NCBI GenBank assembly: GCA_041662245.1
Contig: JBAZSW010000002.1
Span: 11,835 to 75,834, forward strand
From: Parcubacteria group bacterium
GTDB lineage: Bacteria; Patescibacteriota; Minisyncoccia; Moranbacterales; UBA9337
Direction: 5' to 3'
DNA length: 64,000 nucleotides
Under the pieces are notes generated by a model. It worked only from the letters and a program-made list of their open reading frames with translations, was not told where the DNA came from and made no database searches. Both the position numbers and the translations under genes were made by a program. Of this stretch, positions 37,665 through 47,443 are shown one piece after another; positions within the stretch are counted from its first letter, which is position 1; every line of letters starts with the position of its first letter.

Positions 37665-38174
37665 ATGAATGAAAATTTTCAATTGGTAGAACCTTATTTA
37701 TTGGGAGGAATTTTGTTTTTGGCAATAACATTGCTTATTCTTAATATTGTTCTTTTTTTAAAATTTAGAAAGATAAATAAACTTTCAGAGATATTTTTTT
37801 CTGGTAAAAATGGAAAAGATTTGGAAGAATTTGTAATTAATCAAGGTAAATCAATTCAAAAAATAGAAAAGGATATTAAAGAATTGTTTGATGGCTATGA
37901 GAAAATATATAATATTGCCGCTCGGGGAATTCAAAAAATAGGCGTGGTGAGGTATAACCCATTTAAAGAAATGGGGGGAAATCAAAGTTTCTCAATTGCC
38001 ATGATGGATAGCGATAATTCCGGTTTAATAATTTCTACTTTGGCTACTCGAGAAGGCGTAAGGGTTTTTTGTAAAGCGATTATCAATGGAGAGTGTGCTG
38101 ACCTTCCTTTGATAGACGAAGAAAGAAGAGCAATAAAAATAGCGCGGGCATCAAAGAAGAGTGCGACAGTGTAA
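37665..38174 (+). CDS. membrane-anchored hypothetical protein (DUF4446-like)
   Basis: Single N-terminal TM followed by a 120-aa soluble domain. The size and layout resemble DUF4446, but this was not verified. Confidence 0.35.
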   Translation: MNENFQLVEPYLLGGILFLAITLLILNIVLFLKFRKINKLSEIFFSGKNGKDLEEFVINQGKSIQKIEKDIKELFDGYEKIYNIAARGIQKIGVVRYNPFKEMGGNQSFSIAMMDSDNSGLIISTLATREGVRVFCKAIINGECADLPLIDEERRAIKIARASKKSATV

Positions 38175-38199
38175 CAGGATTTGATACCATTTTTGAAAT

Positions 38200-38240
38200 A
38201 AAAAAGCCTTGAGGTGTTTTATTTTACTCAAGGCTTTTAT
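38200..38240. terminator. bidirectional rho-independent terminator between convergent genes
   Basis: AAAAGCCTTGAG ...loop... CTCAAGGCTTTT, with A/T runs on both sides. Confidence 0.55.
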
Positions 38241-38254
38241 AGTACAACAAAAAT

Positions 38255-38590
38255 CTATTTTATTTTTTTAAAAGTAACTTTGTAAACTGGTTCGTATTCT
38301 ACCTCGTATTCATCTTTAATCTGAATGCTTTTGCCTTCCATTAGTTGACTAATGGCGATATCAGAAGCCATTTCATTAAGACTATCAATTTCGTGTTTGA
38401 GCTCATCTAAACGAGGACTTTTGTTGATCTCTTCAATTTTTTTCTTTTGGTCTCTGAGTTTTTTGGCTTCCTCGGTTATTTTTTGATAATTTCCATCATT
38501 GTCTAATAAATATTTGTATTCTCGGCTAATTTCCCTTTTCTCTTTTTTGAATTTTTGAATTTCATCAAAAACTTCTTGGATGTTTTTCAT
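38255..38590 (-). CDS. coiled-coil hypothetical protein (111 aa)
   Basis: K/E-rich heptad pattern, no other features. Confidence 0.4.
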   Translation of the reverse strand: MKNIQEVFDEIQKFKKEKREISREYKYLLDNDGNYQKITEEAKKLRDQKKKIEEINKSPRLDELKHEIDSLNEMASDIAISQLMEGKSIQIKDEYEVEYEPVYKVTFKKIK

Positions 38591-38761
38591 GTTTTTTATT
38601 TTTTAAATTTGTTTACAAATAACAAAAATAATTTTAACATAGAAGGAAGTAAATTCAAAATTTAGATTATAAATTTTAAATTGCAGATAAATTATAAAAT
38701 AATTGAATATAAAAATAATTTATTCAAAAATTTAAATTTGGGAATTTTTAGAATATCTATT

Positions 38762-39706
38762 ATGAAAAAGTATCAAACAATATTAATAGCAACATTGCTT
38801 ATTGGCGGAGGATTTATTTTTTATGCAAAACATTCAGGAGAAATTAATCAAGACGCGAGAGATATGCTTAAAAACGCTAATTTTTTAACTGTTTGTGATG
38901 AGACTCTATATTATTCTTTAGGTGAGGTAGATTCACGATTTGAAATTTCTCAAGATGAATTAATAAATGTCTTGGCTCAAGCGGAGAACGTTTGGGAAAA
39001 AGATTTAAATAGAAATGTACTTGAATATAGGGAGGGAGCGACATTTAAAATAAATCTTGTTTTTGACAGTCGACAACAGCAGACAATTGAAAAAAACAAA
39101 TTAGATAGCCAATTAGATAGGCTGGAAGCGATTAGAGGTAACCTTTCAGATGAATATCAATCTTTACAAAATAAATATGATAAATTATTGACTGAATATA
39201 AAAAGGATTTAAAGACTTATGAAAAAACAGTGGCCATTTTTAATAAAAAAGTAAATGATTGGAATAAAAAAGGTGGGGCTTCAGAAGATGAATATGAAAA
39301 ATTGAAAGAGGAGGAAGACGCTATCACTAAATTAAAAAAAGATTTGGAATTGCAAAGAAAGGTGGTTAATAAGTTAATAGCGGATATGAATAATCTAGCC
39401 CAAAAGGAGAATGGGCTAGTGGATGCTTATAATAATAAAATAAAAACTTATAAAGATACTTTTGGAGAAGGTAAAGAATTTGATCAGGGAGTATATAATG
39501 GGGTAGGTATAAATGTTTACCAGTTTCATGATAAATCTGATTTAGAATTAGTATTGGTGCATGAGTTGGGACACGCTTTGGGGCTAAATCATTTAGAAAA
39601 TCCCGAGTCGGTGATGTACTATTTAATGGAGAAACAAAATTTAGAAAATATAAAATTAACTGCTCAGGATCTGCAGGCTATCAAGGATGTTTGTAGGATA
39701 GAATAA
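38762..39706 (+). CDS. membrane-anchored metzincin (matrixin/M10-like zinc metalloprotease) with a coiled-coil spacer
   Basis: HELGHALGLNH is a full HExxHxxGxxH motif, followed by a Met-turn (SVMYY). An N-terminal TM starts at the internal Met at 38762, and a long coiled-coil lies between the TM and the protease domain. Confidence 0.65.
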   Translation: MKKYQTILIATLLIGGGFIFYAKHSGEINQDARDMLKNANFLTVCDETLYYSLGEVDSRFEISQDELINVLAQAENVWEKDLNRNVLEYREGATFKINLVFDSRQQQTIEKNKLDSQLDRLEAIRGNLSDEYQSLQNKYDKLLTEYKKDLKTYEKTVAIFNKKVNDWNKKGGASEDEYEKLKEEEDAITKLKKDLELQRKVVNKLIADMNNLAQKENGLVDAYNNKIKTYKDTFGEGKEFDQGVYNGVGINVYQFHDKSDLELVLVHELGHALGLNHLENPESVMYYLMEKQNLENIKLTAQDLQAIKDVCRIE

Positions 39707-39768
39707 CGCTTGTTTATCTTTGTGATTTTTGGTGTTACAATAATGGAAATAAGAGCGTAAAAACAAAA

Positions 39769-40755
39769 ATGAAAGAGAAAATAAAAATATTTAAATATTT
39801 CGGACTAGCTCTAATTATTTTAACAGGAACTGCTATTTGGTATTTTGCCAATAAGCTTTTTAGCGTAGATTATTTAAACAATTGGAGTGGGGTTTTGATA
39901 GCCGTAGCATTATTTTTTGTAGGATGGTCATTGGGAGCAATCATCATTAGAGATAAAAAACTATTTTTAGGAGCTACTTTTATTTCTTTAATAACTCAGT
40001 TGTTTTTTACTAAGAATATCAAGTCTTTTCTAATTATAGGCATCTCTTTTTTAATTTTATGGCTAGCAAGGAAATATATACGAAAGGAGATAAAAATGAG
40101 ATTAAAAATTGATACTTGGAATTATCTTAGAATAGGGAGGAGATTTATAATTCTAACAATAGCGTTAATGTTGGCAGGTCAATATTTTTTTTCTATTAAT
40201 CCTCAGATAAAATCAGAAAATTTGCCAAGATTAAAATTATATTCTAGCCAAGGAAGCTTTGTAACAAGAGTAGTGTCTTTTGTTCAGCCAGATTTGATAA
40301 AAGAAAATAGGGAGGCTGTTACAGTGGATGAATTTATTATTGATAAATTTAATGATGATCCTTTGGCATCAAAAAGATTTGGATCAAATGTAGATTTTGG
40401 CAACATCGACTATAATTTAAGAGAGGCTATCTTAAAGGAGGGCAGGAATGATGTGGCTAAAATGATTGGCCGAGATGTACAGGGAGACGAAAAAATGGTA
40501 GATATTTTCTTGGGAATTATAAACAATAAAATTGACGACTTTTTAAATGTTAATGTGGGATATATGAATAAAGATATGCCAATTGCTCAACTAATATTTA
40601 CAGTGGCAATCTTTTTGGCCATTATGGGTATGGGAATGATCATGAGTGTTTTTTTAATTTTTTTGGTAGCGATTGTTTTTAGGGGATTAATTTTTGTTGG
40701 CATGTTGTCTATTGATAAAAAAGCCGTTAATATGGAGGTAATTAAAATAGGCTAG
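39769..40755 (+). CDS. hypothetical polytopic membrane protein
   Basis: 328 aa, TM helices at both ends, central soluble domain. Confidence 0.4.
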   Translation: MKEKIKIFKYFGLALIILTGTAIWYFANKLFSVDYLNNWSGVLIAVALFFVGWSLGAIIIRDKKLFLGATFISLITQLFFTKNIKSFLIIGISFLILWLARKYIRKEIKMRLKIDTWNYLRIGRRFIILTIALMLAGQYFFSINPQIKSENLPRLKLYSSQGSFVTRVVSFVQPDLIKENREAVTVDEFIIDKFNDDPLASKRFGSNVDFGNIDYNLREAILKEGRNDVAKMIGRDVQGDEKMVDIFLGIINNKIDDFLNVNVGYMNKDMPIAQLIFTVAIFLAIMGMGMIMSVFLIFLVAIVFRGLIFVGMLSIDKKAVNMEVIKIG

Positions 40756-40810
40756 TTTTTAAGTAAATTCGAAATGTTAAATTGACCAAGACGGTAATAT
40801 TAGAAATTAT

Positions 40811-41818
40811 ATGAATAAAAAAATAGGAGGAATAGTCTTAGTGGTAGTGATAATTTTAGTAGGATTGTTTTTATCGAAGGGGCCAAAGGAGAGTGGGAAT
40901 GTGGTTGATTTTGAAATAAAAAAGGGAGAGAATATCTGGAACACAGCGAGCAATTTAAAAAAGAACGGAATTATCGAAAGCAAAATTTATTTTGTTTGGT
41001 ATGTTTATACCAAAGATTATCGAGGAAAAATAAAAGCAGGGAAATATATGCTTAATTCAAATTTAAAGGTGGAAGAAATTTTGATGATTTTAGCTCAGGG
41101 CGATAGACAGGAAATAGATAAATCAATAAAAATTACTTTTCCAGAAGGCTTTTCACTAGAACAAATGAGTGAGAGATTAACTGAAAATGGATATGACGGG
41201 AAAAAATTTCTAGAATTATCAAAAAATCCTCAATATTTTATAGATAAATATAGATTTTCCTTTTTAGATAGTGTTCCAATAGGAAAGGGCTTGGAGGGAT
41301 ATCTATTTCCAGATACTTATTTTTTTTCTGAAGATGAAAATATGGAATCAATTATTGCAAAAATGTTGGATAATTTTGATAATAAATTATCTGAAGATTT
41401 GAGAAATGAAATAAAAAATCAAGGTAAGACAATTTACGAAATTGTGACTATGGCTAGCATTATAGAGAAAGAGGTAAGAACTTTGGAAGACAAAAAGATA
41501 GTAAGTGGAATTTTTTACAATAGGATGAAAAATGGGCAGGCTTTTCAAAGTTGTGCTACGTTAGCTTTTGCCTTGGGGGAAAATAAAAAACAGTATTCTT
41601 ATGAAGATACTCAAATAGATTCTCCTTATAACACTTATATCAACAAAGGATTGCCACCCGGACCGATTGCCAATCCCGGAATAGATTCAGTTATTGCTGC
41701 TATTCATCCCATTTGGTCTAATTATAATTTTTTTCTAAGTAACGCAGAAACAGGGAAAACTGTTTTTTCGATTACTTTAGAAGAGCATAATCGTAATAAA
41801 GATAGGAATGGATTGTAG
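40811..41818 (+). CDS. mltG: endolytic murein transglycosylase MltG (YceG-like)
   Basis: N-terminal TM plus the YceG fold, with the conserved GLPPGPIANPG block near the C-terminus. Confidence 0.75.
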   Translation: MNKKIGGIVLVVVIILVGLFLSKGPKESGNVVDFEIKKGENIWNTASNLKKNGIIESKIYFVWYVYTKDYRGKIKAGKYMLNSNLKVEEILMILAQGDRQEIDKSIKITFPEGFSLEQMSERLTENGYDGKKFLELSKNPQYFIDKYRFSFLDSVPIGKGLEGYLFPDTYFFSEDENMESIIAKMLDNFDNKLSEDLRNEIKNQGKTIYEIVTMASIIEKEVRTLEDKKIVSGIFYNRMKNGQAFQSCATLAFALGENKKQYSYEDTQIDSPYNTYINKGLPPGPIANPGIDSVIAAIHPIWSNYNFFLSNAETGKTVFSITLEEHNRNKDRNGL

Positions 41819-41937
41819 ATGAAGGAGTTTGTAAAGATATTAAAGGATTTTGAATTTGAAATTTTATTTGCATTATATTCCTATGCTTTAATGCTTCTTA
41901 TTTTAATGTTAAATTGTTAATATGTTAACATGATTTT

Positions 41938-42537
41938 ATGTTTTTTACTGGACCAGAAATTTTAAATTTTCTAAGTAATTGGGGATATCTTATTGTTTTG
42001 CCCTTGATGATTATTGAGGGTCCCATTGTAACAATTCTTTCGGCGATGTTAGCTTCGGCAGGAGTTTTTAATGTTTGGATTATTTTGATTCTCTCTGTGC
42101 TGGGAGATATTGTTGGAGATGTAATTTTGTATTGGATAGGAAAAATATGGGGAATGCATTTCGTGGATAAGGTTGGAAAATATATGGGGATTACCAGAAA
42201 GTTAGTGCTGAGGATGGAAAAATATTTCAATGGCCATGGTGGAAAAACCATTTTTGCAGTAAAATCTACCACGGGATTATGCTGGGCAACTTTTGTAGCG
42301 GCTGGAATTGTTAAGATGGATTTTGTAAAATTTGTGAAGTATTCAGTTTTGGGAGGAGTCATCTGGAGTGGATTTTTAGTTGCGATGGGTTATTTTTATG
42401 GATATATGTGGCAACAAATAAGACAATACATAGAATGGGCGGGTTGGTTAGCGATAGGATTAACTACAATTACATTTATTGGAATAACTTTATATAAGAA
42501 ATATAAATCAAAACAGCTATTGACAAATGGGGAATAA
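41938..42537 (+). CDS. DedA/VTT-domain membrane protein
   Basis: GYLIVLPLMIIEGPIVTILSAML...VLGDIVGDVILYWIGK is the DedA signature. Confidence 0.7.
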   Translation: MFFTGPEILNFLSNWGYLIVLPLMIIEGPIVTILSAMLASAGVFNVWIILILSVLGDIVGDVILYWIGKIWGMHFVDKVGKYMGITRKLVLRMEKYFNGHGGKTIFAVKSTTGLCWATFVAAGIVKMDFVKFVKYSVLGGVIWSGFLVAMGYFYGYMWQQIRQYIEWAGWLAIGLTTITFIGITLYKKYKSKQLLTNGE

Positions 42538-42609
42538 TTTAGTATTGTATGAAGCTAGTTCTTATCAAAATTATATATTCAGATTAACAACTTATGTGTG
42601 AGGTAAAAC

Positions 42610-43587
42610 ATGAGAATATCAATTCTTGTTTCTGATTTGCACATTGCACCCTTTAAAGAGGAAAAATTTAAGACTCAGCAAAAAAACTTCATCGAATGGA
42701 TTATCCAGTTTTTTGCGAATGTTTTACAGAAAAAGGAAAAAAATATCTATGAAAAAATGAAAAAAGTTGTTGGTGAAAAAATGATCAATGTTGGAATATC
42801 CAATGGAGATCTAATGGAGTCTGTAGCTACTGAGCGTGGCTGGGCTACAAAACAGGATGTTGAGGAAGCAAAAGAAGTGGTACAAGAGCTTAAAAATAAC
42901 TTGAGCTTAAAAAAACTAGAATTAAATATGGGCAACCATGAATCGGGTTATATTCTGCCACTTTCAACCGATAACAATGGAGGAGTTTCTCTTCAGAGTA
43001 TTAGAAATTTCTTGGTTGTTGCTAAAAGAGATAAATTGTATCATTCATTTCTACTGGAGGGTTTTCAATTTATCTTTGTGCCGTATCTTTTTACCGAGCA
43101 AGTCGCTAAGGATTTTGATTTGAGTAAAGAGAAGAAAAAATTCTTAGCAGAAATGGAAAAAGAGTTTTCTTTTTCTAAAACGCCAATTATTTTGTTTGTC
43201 CATGATCCGGATTCATTGATGGATGAAGATTTGCTCAGTTTAATTCGGGTGAATCGCAAAAAAATAAAAGCCATCTTTTATGGACACTATCACTCTTGGA
43301 TGAATTTGTTTTTCTCCAAAATTTTGGTGAATATTTTTAATTGTTGGTGGTTACTTCCATTAAGGATGCTAGCTAATGCAATTTTCTGGATTATTTCAGG
43401 AAAAAATATGAGAATTGTTCGCGTGCTGGGAAAATATTTTCAATTGCGAAAAAATATTCCCGCAATAATCAAGGAGTTGAAAATGACCTTGATTCCTGCT
43501 CCGACTGGAATGTTTGGAATAGGGGGTGGCTTTCTAGTATTGGAAATATCTGATAATGGGAAGCTGGAAATAATAAAATATGATTAA
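42610..43587 (+). CDS. calcineurin-like metallophosphoesterase
   Basis: VSDLHI (motif I), GNHE (motif III), VHDPD and GHYH blocks. The C-terminal part is hydrophobic. Confidence 0.55.
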   Translation: MRISILVSDLHIAPFKEEKFKTQQKNFIEWIIQFFANVLQKKEKNIYEKMKKVVGEKMINVGISNGDLMESVATERGWATKQDVEEAKEVVQELKNNLSLKKLELNMGNHESGYILPLSTDNNGGVSLQSIRNFLVVAKRDKLYHSFLLEGFQFIFVPYLFTEQVAKDFDLSKEKKKFLAEMEKEFSFSKTPIILFVHDPDSLMDEDLLSLIRVNRKKIKAIFYGHYHSWMNLFFSKILVNIFNCWWLLPLRMLANAIFWIISGKNMRIVRVLGKYFQLRKNIPAIIKELKMTLIPAPTGMFGIGGGFLVLEISDNGKLEIIKYD

Positions 43588-43601
43588 TTTGGGGGTAAAG
43601 A

Positions 43602-43835
43602 ATGGACGCAAACGGAATTTTTTGGATTGTTATGGGTATTGTTGGTCTAACTGTTTATTTCGTCGCAGTTACTCGTCCAAGATTTCATATTTATGCGAGT
43701 AATGCAGATCTCGCGGGATTGCCAGGGGCTATTATTGCTACGGCCATCTCTTTGACAACCGTAGGTGTCTTGATAGCAATAATATTTTTGTCGGGTTTAG
43801 CCACCAAATACGAGATAGTTATCCCATTACAATAG
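43602..43835 (+). CDS. small membrane protein (77 aa)
   Basis: Two TM segments. Confidence 0.35.
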   Translation: MDANGIFWIVMGIVGLTVYFVAVTRPRFHIYASNADLAGLPGAIIATAISLTTVGVLIAIIFLSGLATKYEIVIPLQ

Positions 43836-43847
43836 GTTGTTTGAATC

Positions 43848-43886
43848 CCGTTTTCCTTGAGGAGGAAAACGGGTATTTATTTTTGT
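43848..43886 (+). terminator. rho-independent terminator
   Basis: CCCGTTTTCCT tgagg AGGAAAACGGG followed by TATTTATTTTT. Confidence 0.55.
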
Positions 43887-43934
43887 TGTGTTATAATTAA
43901 GGTATAATTTGTTAATTTTTTAAAAAATAAAAGT

Positions 43935-44093
43935 ATGGCGGATAACTTATCTCAATTAAAAGACAAAATTCACAATCTAGAAAAACAACGGGAAATGATG
44001 TCCGATAAAATTCATGAATTAGATAGAGAGCTGGAAAAAATGAAAGAAAATATCAGAGAGATAGAGATGATAGTGGAAGATATAGAGAAATAG
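43935..44093 (+). CDS. small coiled-coil protein (52 aa)
   Basis: Not in the ORF track. MADNLSQLKDKIHNLEKQREMMSDKIHELDRELEKMKENIREIEMIVEDIEK. Confidence 0.3.
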   Translation: MADNLSQLKDKIHNLEKQREMMSDKIHELDRELEKMKENIREIEMIVEDIEK

Positions 44094-44371
44094 TATTTTA
44101 ACACGTTAGCGTATTAACATTAAAACAAATGAGCAAATATAATGATTTCAGATGCCAAATTGCAAAGTCCCAATAAAATCCAAATTTATTAATTTAATAT
44201 ATTTAGTCATTTATTTGAAATTAGGCATTGGGATTTTGATATTTTTATATATGCACAATTTTCAAATCAAAAATGCTATTGGCGTCGTTAAATGCCCTTA
44301 TTTATTCCTGAACTTCATATGGAAACTCTCTCTTGCCCAAAAAATCTAAAAGGAATAGAATTATTTTGCAT

Positions 44372-44520
44372 GAACTGGTAGCGAGTAGAGAATTTATTTC
44401 CCAAAAAAGTTTCTTTTTCCCCGGCTTTTCGTTTCACACAGTAGCTACAAAAAAGAATCCTTTTTCGGTAAATAAATTCAACGTTATAGTATTGAAATAG
44501 TTTTTACTCGATACCGCTTA
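44372..44520 (+). repeat. 149-bp intergenic repeat, copy 1 of 3 (MITE-like, imperfect terminal inverted repeats)
   Basis: 100% identical to 54675-54823 and 60670-60818. The ends GGTAGCGAGTA and TACTCGATACC form an 11-bp TIR with one mismatch. Confidence 0.8.
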
Positions 44521-44525
44521 TATGA

Positions 44526-45389
44526 TTGCCGAGGAGAAATAGAATAAAAATTCAAAATAGACTAAATATGGTAGGAAAAATTTTAAGAAAAACAAAGAGT
44601 ATTTTGTTTGCTAATCCAAAGCTTCTTTATGAAAAAGAAAAGCATTTAATTAATAAATCTTTTTATTTTAAAGGAACCAATAGAAAAGCGGTACTTCTTT
44701 TGCATGGTTGGTCAGCTACGCCTTATGAAGTAAGAAGATTAGGAAAGTATCTCAATGAGGCAGGATATACAGTTTATGGTCCTACACTGACAGGTCATGG
44801 AACAAGTCCCGAAGATTTGGAAAATGTTAAGTATGAAACTTGGCTAAATGATACTGACAATTTTATAAAAAAATTAAAAGATGGTTACGAAAAGGTTTAT
44901 GTGGGTGGAACTTCTATGGGGGCAACTTTGGCGCTTTGTGCTGCCAAAAATCATCCGGATATTGCGGGCTTGATATTGATGGCGATGCCTTATAAGGTCA
45001 GATATGAACGAACAGGGACATGGGCATTAAATTTTTTGAAAATTTTCAAAAAATATCGAAAAAAAATATATCCACCAACTTTTGGTTCCAGAAGAACAAT
45101 TACTCGGCTTATTTCTTATCAAGAATATCCCATTAGCAGTGTTTTGGAGCTGGCTAAATTAATAAAAAAATCAAGAGAGTGTCTAGCGGAAGTGACTCAG
45201 CCATGTTTTATCATGCAATCAAGCACAGATCATATCGTTACAAAAAGTAGCATGAAAAATATTTATAAAAAGATAGGTTCTCAAGAAAAAAAGAAAAAGT
45301 ATATAAGAAAATCTTATCACACTTTTATCTCGGATATAAAAAATGAAAATGTTTTTGAGGAAATACTTAAATTTATAGAGTCGATATAG
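44526..45389 (+). CDS. alpha/beta-hydrolase fold esterase/lipase
   Basis: GxSxG nucleophile elbow (GGTSMGA), HGW oxyanion region, C-terminal His. The start may be the internal Met at 44565. Confidence 0.6.
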   Translation: MPRRNRIKIQNRLNMVGKILRKTKSILFANPKLLYEKEKHLINKSFYFKGTNRKAVLLLHGWSATPYEVRRLGKYLNEAGYTVYGPTLTGHGTSPEDLENVKYETWLNDTDNFIKKLKDGYEKVYVGGTSMGATLALCAAKNHPDIAGLILMAMPYKVRYERTGTWALNFLKIFKKYRKKIYPPTFGSRRTITRLISYQEYPISSVLELAKLIKKSRECLAEVTQPCFIMQSSTDHIVTKSSMKNIYKKIGSQEKKKKYIRKSYHTFISDIKNENVFEEILKFIESI

Positions 45390-45551
45390 GAGGATAGTTT
45401 TTAACTAGTAGCAGGTAGCTTTTTAGATTAGGAGACATTAATTGAGTGATGAAAACGTATACTTGTGAAAAAATGATTAAACTTTTTATTTTAAGAAGCT
45501 GTAAGTTAATTTTCTAAAAAGCTAATTACTAAAAAACTAAAAAGCTAAATT

Positions 45552-46715
45552 ATGAAAATTGCTATTTTCACCAACAATTATTTGCCGAATCCTTATGGCG
45601 TGACTACTTCCATTGAAAGTTTTCGAAAAGAGTTTGAAAAAAAAGGGCATACGGTCTATATCTTTGCTCCAAAAACGAAAGGATATGATGATAAAAACAA
45701 AAATGTTTTTCGTTATCCTTCTTTGGATATAAAATATAAAATAAGATTTCCTTTGCCTATCCCATATTCTAGTGAAATTGACAGAATAATAGAAAAATTG
45801 AAAATTGACATTATCCATTCCCAGCATCCCAATCTTTTGGGAAGTGTGGCTCGGCGTTGGGCGAAAAAAAAGAACATTCCTATCGTTTTTACTTGGCATA
45901 CTATTTATGATAAATATACGCACTATACGCCAATTATCCCTCAGAAATTTTCTGCTTATTGGGTGATAAAAAACTCAGTTAGGTATGCTAATAATGTAGA
46001 TAAAATAATTATCCCTACCGAGTCTGTAAGAAAGATTGTAAAAAAGTGGGGAGTGATTAAGGATAATATTGAAGTTGTAGCCACTGGAGTAGATGAGGAA
46101 ACTTTCAGAAACGGTGATTGGAAAAAAATAAGAGAAGAGCTGAATATTAAAAGTGATAAGAAAATAATTCTTTCCATTTCTCGTTTAACAGAAGAAAAGA
46201 ATGTTTTATTTTTAACAAAGGAAGTGATCAAAGTGTTGAAAAGAAATCCCAAAACAGTGTTTATTTTAGGAGGAGATGGGTATCTCAGGAATAGACTAAT
46301 AAGACTAGTAAATGAATCGAAAGTAGGAGAACAAGTTTTTTTTGTGGGTTTAATTGAACGTGAACAAATAAAAAATTATATGGGCTTGGCTGATATTTTT
46401 GTTTATGCCTCACAAAGTGAGACTCAAGGAACGATTATCACCGAAGCAATGTATTTGGGGCTTCCTATCGTGGCGATAGATGCTTTGGGGGTGGGGGATT
46501 TAATAGAAGATGGCGTAACGGGAATATTATCTTCGGGTAAAGGAAATGATTTTTCTAAAAAAATAGATAGGCTTTTGTCGAGAGAAAAATTGGCTTTATC
46601 AATCGGAAACAATGCCAAGAAAAAGGCTAAAAATAATTATACTAGCAAAGTGTGCGCAGATAAGATGCTAAAAATATATGAGAAATTAATTCAAAGTGCA
46701 AAGATAAAAAATTAG
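45552..46715 (+). CDS. glycosyltransferase family 4
   Basis: MKIAIFTNNYLPNPYGVTT N-terminus, and a C-terminal donor-binding domain carrying the ExxGxxxxE-type motif (ETQGTIITEAM). 387 aa. Confidence 0.75.
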   Translation: MKIAIFTNNYLPNPYGVTTSIESFRKEFEKKGHTVYIFAPKTKGYDDKNKNVFRYPSLDIKYKIRFPLPIPYSSEIDRIIEKLKIDIIHSQHPNLLGSVARRWAKKKNIPIVFTWHTIYDKYTHYTPIIPQKFSAYWVIKNSVRYANNVDKIIIPTESVRKIVKKWGVIKDNIEVVATGVDEETFRNGDWKKIREELNIKSDKKIILSISRLTEEKNVLFLTKEVIKVLKRNPKTVFILGGDGYLRNRLIRLVNESKVGEQVFFVGLIEREQIKNYMGLADIFVYASQSETQGTIITEAMYLGLPIVAIDALGVGDLIEDGVTGILSSGKGNDFSKKIDRLLSREKLALSIGNNAKKKAKNNYTSKVCADKMLKIYEKLIQSAKIKN

Positions 46716-46916
46716 AGTTAAGATGATCAAGCTGTTATAGAAGGATAATATTTTGTGAGTATTTTTTAGATAGCAGTTAAGATTTGAAAAGGCACGTTTC
46801 GTTTTTGATGCAGCTTCTTTTGTTGATAAAATTAATATTTTAGTTTATCATAATGAAAATATTAGTAGGGGGCAATTTGGCCAAAATGGTTAGCTCTTTT
46901 TATAGGAGGTAGACAA

Positions 46917-47324
46917 ATGCATAGCAGAATGCTGTGGGGAATTGTTTTTATAGGAATTGCTTTTTTGACGAGCTCTTGTGGACGTAATGTAAGTGAGGGA
47001 ACTACAAAAATAAATCCCCCCTTAAATCAAGATGCTGGAGTAAGTAAGAAAGACTCGGTAGCAACGAAGAAAGATAATAACAAAAAAGTTACAAAAAAAT
47101 CTTCCACTAAAAAAAGTAAAAAGATAGGGAAAAAAGCAGAGGAAGAAGTTGCTGCTAGTGCCAATGAAAGAAAATCGACGAATGGCAGGACTGGTTTGAT
47201 TGGTGCCTATATGGATTTTGTAGACAATAGTCCACTTAATCCTATGAATATGAAGGGCGCAGGCGCACTCCCGCCACCTGTAACTAAGGCAATGGAAATG
47301 CAGGGCATGAAAAAACAGGAATAA
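46917..47324 (+). CDS. Lys-rich secreted/lipoprotein-like hypothetical
   Basis: Signal peptide ending ...FLTSSCG (near-lipobox). The mature part is low-complexity and K-rich. Confidence 0.4.
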   Translation: MHSRMLWGIVFIGIAFLTSSCGRNVSEGTTKINPPLNQDAGVSKKDSVATKKDNNKKVTKKSSTKKSKKIGKKAEEEVAASANERKSTNGRTGLIGAYMDFVDNSPLNPMNMKGAGALPPPVTKAMEMQGMKKQE

Positions 47325-47351
47325 GGAAATTTTTATGGATGAGGCTATAGG

Positions 47352-47390
47352 AGCGTTTCGAATGTACTACTTCGAAACGCTAATTTTTTG
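47352..47390 (+). terminator. rho-independent terminator
   Basis: AGCGTTTCGAA tgtactac TTCGAAACGCT followed by AATTTTTT. Confidence 0.6.
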
Positions 47391-47443
47391 GAGATGTTCA
47401 ACTTTTTTTGATTCTTGACTAATTATTTTTTTGGAGTACTATT

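Noticed and set aside
44152-44349. 65-aa ORF just upstream of copy 1 of the 149-bp element.
   Set aside because: No RBS and low-complexity hydrophobic sequence. It sits in an AT-rich gap after a terminator. Likely non-coding.
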